DNA of 64,000 bases from the human T2T-CHM13v2.0 reference genome, Homo sapiens, in assembly GCF_009914755.1 (NCBI RefSeq), contig NC_060940.1. One strand, given 5' to 3'. The translations under genes and the position numbers were made by a program. The notes under the pieces are model-generated. The model did not search any database. It was given only the letters and a program-made list of their open reading frames with translations, and had not been told where the DNA came from. Shown in pieces: positions 56,100-64,000 of this stretch. The first letter of the stretch is position 1, and each line of letters starts with the position of its first letter.

Positions 56100-59000
56100 A
56101 TTCCATGATGATTCTATTTGATTCAATTAGATGATGTTTCCATTCGAATCCATTCCATGATTATTCCATTGGAATCCATTCGGTGATGATTCCATATGAG
56201 TCAATTCAATGATGATTCCATATGGGTCCGTTTGATGATAATTCCTTTTGATTTCATTCGATGCTTCTATTCAATTCCAGTTGATGATGATTCCGTTGGA
56301 GTCCATACGATGATTCCATTTGATTTCATTTCATGATGATTCCATTCGATTCCATTCGATGATGATTACATTGGATTCCATTCTATGATTCCATTCAATT
56401 CCATTCGTTGACGATTCGATTCCCTTCAATGATGATTCCACTTGAGTTCATTCGATTATTCTATTCGATTCCGTTCGATGGTGATTCAATTCTCTTATAT
56501 TGGATGATTCCACTCGATTCCATTTGATGATTATTCCATTGGAGTCCACTTAGTGAATCCTTTAGATTCTACTCGAAGATGATTCCATTCGAGTCCATTC
56601 GATGATACCATTCAATTCCATTCGTTGATGCTTCCATTCAAGTGCATTCGATGATATCATTCGATTCCATTTGATGATAATTCCATTTGATTCCATGCGA
56701 TGATTCTATTCGATTCCATTCAATGATAATTCCATTCAATTCAGTGATTCCTCTGGACTCCATTTGATGATGATTACATTCAATGATTCCATTCGATTCT
56801 ATTCCAAAATGATTCCATTTGAATCCATTTGATGATGATTCCATTGGATTCCATTTGATGATTCCATTCGATTCCATTCGACGATGATTCCATTATATTC
56901 CATTTGATGATTCCATTCTATTCTATTCGATGATGATTCCATTCGATTCCATTCGATGATGATTGGATTCGATTCCATTTGATGATTTCATTTGATTCCA
57001 TTCGTTAATGATTTCGATCAATTCCATTCGATGATTCCATTCGATTCCATTCGATAATGATTACATCCGAGTCCATTCGATGATTCCATTTGAGCCTGTT
57101 CGATAATTCCATTTGAGTCCAACCAATGATTCCATTCATTTCCATTCAATGATTCCATTCGAGTCCATTTGATCATTCCGGTAGGGTCCATTCGATATTG
57201 ATTCCATTGGAGTGCATTCGATGATTCCATTCGAGTCCATTTTAGGATTTGATTCGAGTCCTTTCGATGATTCCATTCGATTCCACTCGATGATGATTTC
57301 ATTCGAGTCCATTCGACACTTCCAATCGATTCCATTTGATGATTCCATTCGAGTCCAATTGATGATTCCATTCAATTCCATTCGATGATGATTCCGTACG
57401 ATTCCATTCTGTGATGATTCCATGTGATTGCATTCAATGATGATTCCTTTCGATTGCATTCGATTATGATTCATTTCGTGTTCATTCTATGGTTCCACAG
57501 GTTTCCATTCGTGTCCATTCCATTATTCCATTCTATTCCATTTGATGATGATTCCATTCGATTCCATTCATTGGTGATTCCACTCAATTCCATTCAATGA
57601 TTCCATTCCATTTCTTTCAACAATGATTCCATTAGTTTCTAATCGATGATCCACTTGATTCCATTTGACGACGATTCCATTCTTGTCCATTCGATGATTC
57701 CATTTGATTCCATATGATGATGATTCCATTCGATTCCATACGATGATGATTCCATTCGAGTCCATTCAATGGTGATTCCATTCAATTCCATTCGATGATT
57801 CCTTTCGATTCCATTCGGTGATGATGGCATTCGATTCCTTTCAATCATTCCCTTTGATTCCATTCAAAGGTGATTTCATTCAAGTCCATTCGATAATTGC
57901 ATTCGATTCCATTCTATGATGATTCCATTCGAGTCCATTTGATGATTCCATTCAATTCAAGTCAATGATGATTCCATTCGATTCCATTCGATGATTCCAT
58001 TGGATTCCATTCGATGATGATTCCATTCAAATCCATTCGATAATTCAATTCAAGTCCATTCGATGATGATTCCAATCGAATCCATTCAAAGATTCCATTC
58101 AGTTCCATTCGATGATTCCCTTAGATTCCATTCGATGATTCCACTTGATTCCATTTACGATGATTCCATTCGATTCCATGTGATGATTCCATTCAATTCT
58201 ATTCAATGATGTCTCCATTTGATTCCAATCGACCATGACTGCCTTTGATTCCATTCAATGATTCCATTCGGTTCCGTTTGATGATGATTCCGTTCGATTC
58301 CATTTGATGATTCCATTTGATTCCATTGGATGAGTCCATTCGATTACATTCGATGATTATTCCATTCGAGTGCATTAGATGATTCCATTCGAGTCCATTC
58401 GATGATTCCATTCGATTCCATTCGATGTTGATTCTGTTCAAATCCATTCGATGATTCCACTCGATTCCATTCGATGACTCCAGTTGATCCCATTCGATGA
58501 TTTCCTTTGATTCCCTTTGATGATCATTCCATTTGATTCAATTCAGTGATTTCATTTGATTCCATTCAGTGATGTTTCCATTCGACTCCATTCGATGATG
58601 ATTCCATTCGACTCCATTCGATTATGATTTCATTCAATTCCATTCGATAATGATTCCCTTCGAGTCCATTCGATGATTCCATTCGATTCCATTCAACGAT
58701 GATTTGATTCGTGTCCATTCGATGATTCCATTTGATTCCACTTGATGATGATTCCATTCGAGTCCATTTGATGATTCCATTCAATTCCATACTCCGATGA
58801 TTTCTTTTGAGCCCACTCAATGCTTCCACTCGATTCCATATGATGATGACTCCATTCGATGAAATTCGATGATGATTCCATTCGCTTGCTTTCGATGATG
58901 ATTCCACTTGAGTCCGTTAGAAGATTCTATTCAATTACATTCCATGACGATTCCGTTCGAGTCCATTTGATGATTCCATTAGACTCCATTCGACGATGAT

Positions 59001-62000
59001 TCCATTCGATGTTATTCGATGATTCCATTCGATCTCATTCGATGATGATTCCATTCAACTCCATTCGATGTTTCCATTCGAGTTCATTCTATTATTCCAT
59101 TAGATTCCATTCGATGATGATTCCATTCGATTCCATTTGATGATTGCATTCTATTTCATTTGATGATGATTCCATTCGAGTCCACTCGATGATTCCATTC
59201 GAGTCCATTTAATGAATCCATTGGTTTCAATTCTATGATGATTACATTGGATTCCATTCGTTGATGATTTCATTCGGTTCCATTCAATGATGATTCCATT
59301 CAATTCCTTTCAATGTTTCCATTCAATTCCATACGATGATGATTCCATTTGATTTGATTCGACAGTGAGCCATTCGATTCAATTCCATGATGATTCTATT
59401 TGATTCAATTGGTTGACATTTCCATTCGATTCCATTCGATGATGATTCCCTTTGATTCCATTCAAAGATGATTCCATTCTAGCCCATTCAATCATTCCAT
59501 TCGATTCTATTCAATGATGATTCCATTCATGTCGATTTGGTGATTCCATTTGACTTCATTTGATGATGATTCCTTTCAAGTTCATTAGATGATTCCATTC
59601 GATTCCATTTGATGATGATCCCATTCGAGTCCATTCAGTGATTCCATTCCTTTCCATTCCATGATGATTCCATTCCATTCCATTCAATGATTCCATTCGA
59701 TTCCGTTTGATGATGATTTCATTCGAGTCCATTTGATGATTCCATTTGATTCCATTCGATGATGATTCCATTCGAGTCCATTCGATGATTCTATTCGAAT
59801 CCATTTGATGATTTCTTTTGATTATAGTTGGTGATGATTCCATTGGAGTCCATTCAATGATTCCATTCGATTCCAATTGATGATGATTCCATTAGAGTCC
59901 ATTTAATGTTTCCATTTGATTCCAGTCTCTGATGATTACATTCGAGTCCATACGATGATTCCACTCAATTCCATATGATGATGATTCCATTTGATTCCAT
60001 TCGGTGATTCCATTCTATTCTATTCAATGGTGATTCCATTCGAGTACATTAGATGATTCCATTCGATTCCATTCAATGATGATTCTATTTGTGTCCCTTA
60101 GATGATTCCACATGATTCCATTAGATGATGATACTATTTGAGCCCATCCAATGATTCCCTTCGATTCCATTCGATGAGGATTCCATTCGATTCAATTCAT
60201 TGGTGATTCTATTCAATTCAATTCTTTGATTCCATTGCATTCCATTCGACAATGATTCCATTCGATTTCTTTCGATGATTCCACTCGATTCCACTTGACA
60301 TTGATTCCATTCGATTCCATTCAATGATTCCATTTGATTCCAGTGGATGATGATTGCCATCGATTCCATTCGATCACTCCATTCTATTCCATTTGATGAT
60401 GATTACATTCGATTCCATTTGATGATTCCATCTGATTCTATTCGAGGATTCCATTTGATTCCATTCGATGATGATTCCATTCGAGTCCATTCGATGATTT
60501 CATTCGAGTACATCCAATGATTCCATTCGAGTCCATTTGATGATTCCATTTGATTCCATTTGATTATGATTCTACTAGAGTCCATTCAGTGACTCCATTC
60601 TAGTCCATTCAACAATTCCATTCGACTCCATTCGATGATTCCATTCGATTCCATTTGATGATTCCATTCGAGTCCATTTAATCATTACAGTCGAGTCCAT
60701 TTGGTGATTCCGCTGGATTTCCTTTGATAATGATACCATTCAATTACATTTGATGATGATCCCATTCAATTTCATTTGATGATGATTCCATTAGAGTCCA
60801 TTCGATGATTTTATTCGAGTCCCTTCATTGATTCCATCCGATTTCAATGGATGATGACTCCATTCGAGTCCATTCGATGATTCCACTCGATTCCATTAGA
60901 TGATTCCATTGGAGTCCATTTGATTGTTCCATTCGATTCCATTCGATTCCTTTCGAAGATTATTCCATTTGAGTCCATTCGATGATGATTCCATTCCATT
61001 CCATTCGATGATTCCGTTTGATTGCATTCGATGATTCCCTTCGATTCCTTTCTTTGATGATTCCATTCCATTCCATTCAATGATTCCATTCGAATCTATT
61101 CCATGATGATTCCTTTCGATTCCATTCGCTGATGTTTCCGTTCAATTCCATTCGATGATGATTCCATTCGATTCCATTCATTGAGGATTCCATTTGATTC
61201 CATTCAATGATGATTCCATTCTATTCCATTCAATGATTGCATTCAATTCCATTCAATGATTATCCCATTAGAGTAAACTCAACGATTCCATTCAATACAA
61301 TTCGATGATGATTCCTTTTGAGTCCATTCAATGATTTCATTCAAGTCCATTTGATGATTCCTTTCAATTCCATTCTATGATGATTCCATTCGAGTCCATT
61401 CGATGATTCCATTCGATTGCATTCGATGATTCCATTATATTCCATTCAACGATGATTCCATTCGAGTCCATTCGATGATTCCATTAGAGTACATTTAATG
61501 ATTGCTTTGTTTTCAATTCGAAGATGATTACATTCGATTCCATTCTATGATACCATTCGATTCCATTGAATGATGACTCCACTCAAATCCATTGGATGAT
61601 TCCATTCGTGTCCATTCGGTGATTTCATTAGATTCCATTCGAGGATGATTCCATTCGATTCCATTCGATGACTGCATTCAATTCCATTCGATGATGATTC
61701 CATTCCAGTCCATATGATCATTCCATTTGATTTCATTCGATGATGATTCCATTCGATTCCATTCGACGATTCCATTCTATTCCATTCGATGATGATTCCA
61801 TTCGAGTCCATTCGATGATTCCATTCGAGTCCATTTAATGATTCCATTGGGTTCAATTCAATGATGATTACATTGGATTCCGTTCTATGATTCCATTCAA
61901 TTCCGTTCATTGACAACTTGATTCCATTCGATCATGATTCCATTTGAGTTCATTCGATGATTCTATTCGATTTTCTTCGATGGTGATTCAATTCTATTAT

Positions 62001-62221
62001 ATTGGATGATTCCATTCGATTCCATTTGATGTTGATTCAATTCGATTCTATTCGATGATGATTCCATTGGATTTCACTTGATGATTCTATTCGATTCCAT
62101 TCAATGATATTTCACTTCTCGTCCATTGGATGATTCCATTTCATTCCATTTGATGATGATTCCATTCGATTCCATTCGATGATTCCATTTGATTCCATGC
62201 GACGGTGAGCAATTCGATTCA
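56100..62221 (+). repeat. Long higher-order unit U8 (6122 bp; +10 bp allele)
   Basis: Anchors 56100 and 62222; both segments deleted in S1-S4 are present again. Confidence 0.93.
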
Positions 62222-64000
62222 ATTCCATGATGATTCTATTTGATTCAATTAGATGATGTTTCCATTCGAATCCATTCCATGATTATTCCATTGGAATCCA
62301 TTCGGCGATGATTCCATATGAGTCAATTCAATGATGATTCCATATGGGTCCGTTCGATGATAATTCCCTTTGATTTCATTCGATGCTTCTATTCAATTCC
62401 AGTCGATGATGATTCCGTTGGAGTCCATACGATGATTCCATTTGATTTCATTTCATGATGATTCCATTCGATGACGATTACATTGGATTCCATTCTATGA
62501 TTCCATTCAATTCCATTCGTTGATGATTCGATTCCATTCAATGATGATTCCATTTGAGTTCATTCGATGATTCTATTCGATTCCGTTCGATGGTGATTCA
62601 ATTCTCTTATATTGGATGATTCGACTCGATTCCATTTGATGATTATTCCATTGGAGTCCACTTAGTGAATCCTTTAGATTCTACTCGAAGATGATTCCAT
62701 TCGAGTCCATTCGATGATACCATTCAATTCCATTCGTTGATGCTTCCATTCAAGTGCAGTCGATGATATCATTCGATTCCATTTGATGATAATTCCATTT
62801 GATTCCATGCGATGATTCTATTCGATTCCATTCAATGATAATTCCATTCAATTCAGTGATTCCTCTGGACTCCATTTGATGATGATTCCATTCAATGATT
62901 CCATTCGATTCTATTCGAAAATGATTCCATTTGAATCCATTTGATGACGATTCCATTCCATTCCATTTGATGATTCCATTCTATTCTATTCGATGATGAT
63001 TCCATTCGATTCCATTCGATGATGATTGGATTCGATTCCATTTGATGATTTCATTTGATTCCATTCGTTAATGATTTCGATCAATTCCATTCGATGATTC
63101 CATTCGATTCCATTCGATAATGATTACATCCGAGTCCATTCGATGATTCCCTTTGAGCCTCTTCGATAATTCCATTTGAGTCCAACCAATGATTCCATTC
63201 ATTTCCATTCAATGATTCCATTCGAGTCCATTTGATCATTCCGGTAGGGTCCATTCGATGTTGATTCCATTGGAGTGCATTCGATGATTCCATTCGAGTC
63301 CATTTTAGGATTTGATTCGAGTCCTTTCGATGATTCCATTCGATTCCACTCGATGATGATTTCATTCGAGTCCATTCGACACTTCCAATCGATTCCATTT
63401 GATGATTCCATTCGAGTCCAATTGATGATTCCATTCAATTCCATTCGATGATGATTCCGTACGATTCCATTCTGTGATGATTCCATGTGATTGCATTCAA
63501 TGATGATTCCATTCGATTGCATTCGATTATGATTCATTTCGTGTTCATTCTATGGTTCCACAGGTTTCCATTCGTGTCCATTCCATTATTCCATTCTATT
63601 CCATTTGATGATGATTCCATTCGATTCCATTCATTGGTGATTCCACTCAATTCCATTCAATGATTCCATTCCATTTCTTTCAACAATGATTCCATTAGTT
63701 TCTAATCGATGATCCACTTGATTCCATTTGACGACGATTCCATTCTTGTCCATTCGATGATTCCATTTGATTCCATATGATGATGATTCCATTCGATTCC
63801 ATACCATGATGATTCCATTCGAGTCCATTCAATGGTGATTCCATTCAATTCCATTCGATGATTCCTTTCGATTCCATTCGATGATGATGGCATTTGATTC
63901 CTTTCAATCATTCCCTTTGATTCCATTCAAAGGTGATTTCATTCAAGTCCATTCGATAATTGCATTCGATTCCATTCTATGATGATTCCATTCGAGTCCA
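62222..64000 (+). repeat. Partial long unit U9 with its own 49-bp deletion
   Basis: Anchor at 62222; ORF-end spacing 62750 to 63081 is 331 bp versus 380 bp in the other units. Confidence 0.9.

Larger units (their letters stand above)
1..64000 (+). repeat. Human satellite 2 (HSat2/HSATII) pericentromeric tandem array, CATTC strand on +; probably HSat2B of 16q11.2
   Basis: The entire window is diverged ATTCCATTCG plus 1-2 ATG, giving 23/26-bp subunits (e.g. GATGATTCCATTCGAGTCCATTC). There is abundant TCGA and GANTC, and almost no pure (CATTC)n runs, so it is HSat2 rather than HSat3. The chr16/HSat2B assignment rests on the recalled ~6.1-kb period and is less certain than the family call. Confidence 0.97.

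Noticed and set aside
28-63926. More than 150 minus-strand ORFs of 60-139 aa (MESSSNGIEWNH...) as protein-coding genes
   Set aside because: They are translations of the GAATG/ATCATC strand, which is intrinsically stop-poor, while the + strand has TGA in all frames. They overlap in several frames, are low-complexity, repeat with the unit, and gain or lose stops with single SNPs. Any database hits would probably be spurious satellite translations.
1-64000. CRISPR-like array or other repeat-spacer system
   Set aside because: There are no unique spacers, no invariant direct repeat and no cas or other genes. All sequence derives from the same pentamer-based satellite.
1-64000. Strand inversion or embedded Alu/L1/alpha-satellite
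   Set aside because: CATTC polarity is constant throughout, and I saw no poly-A tail, GC-rich segment or 171-bp periodic sequence.
1-64000. HSat3 (e.g. DYZ1 ~3.6 kb) or the ~1.8-kb chr1 HSat2 unit
   Set aside because: Dominant CATTCGAT/GATGAT content argues for HSat2, and the observed periods are 6112 and ~3340 bp. The ~3.3-kb size also resembles D4Z4 only by coincidence, since D4Z4 is GC-rich and unrelated.

Overview
The whole 64 kb is one uninterrupted, single-orientation block of diverged (CATTC)n satellite, rich in CATTCGATTC/GATGAT and built mainly from 23- and 26-bp subunits. This is the signature of human classical satellite 2 (HSat2/HSATII). It forms a ~6.11-kb higher-order repeat, consistent with the HSat2B array of 16q11.2 (recalled from the literature, not checked by search). 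The layout is seven long units (6063 bp, then 6 x 6112 bp), four short derivative units (3336, 3336, 3346, 3346 bp), one 6122-bp long unit and a partial unit. Each short unit is the long unit minus two homology-bounded deletions (1158 bp + 1618 bp). I found no genes, transposons, CRISPR arrays or RNA genes, and all ORFs in the track are artefacts of the stop-poor GAATG strand. I see no new gene-encoded system here. What is interesting is the readable record of satellite turnover: deletion junctions, duplication registers, haplotype domains and internal paralogy, plus periodic transcription-factor motifs. All comparisons were made by eye and need confirming by alignment.
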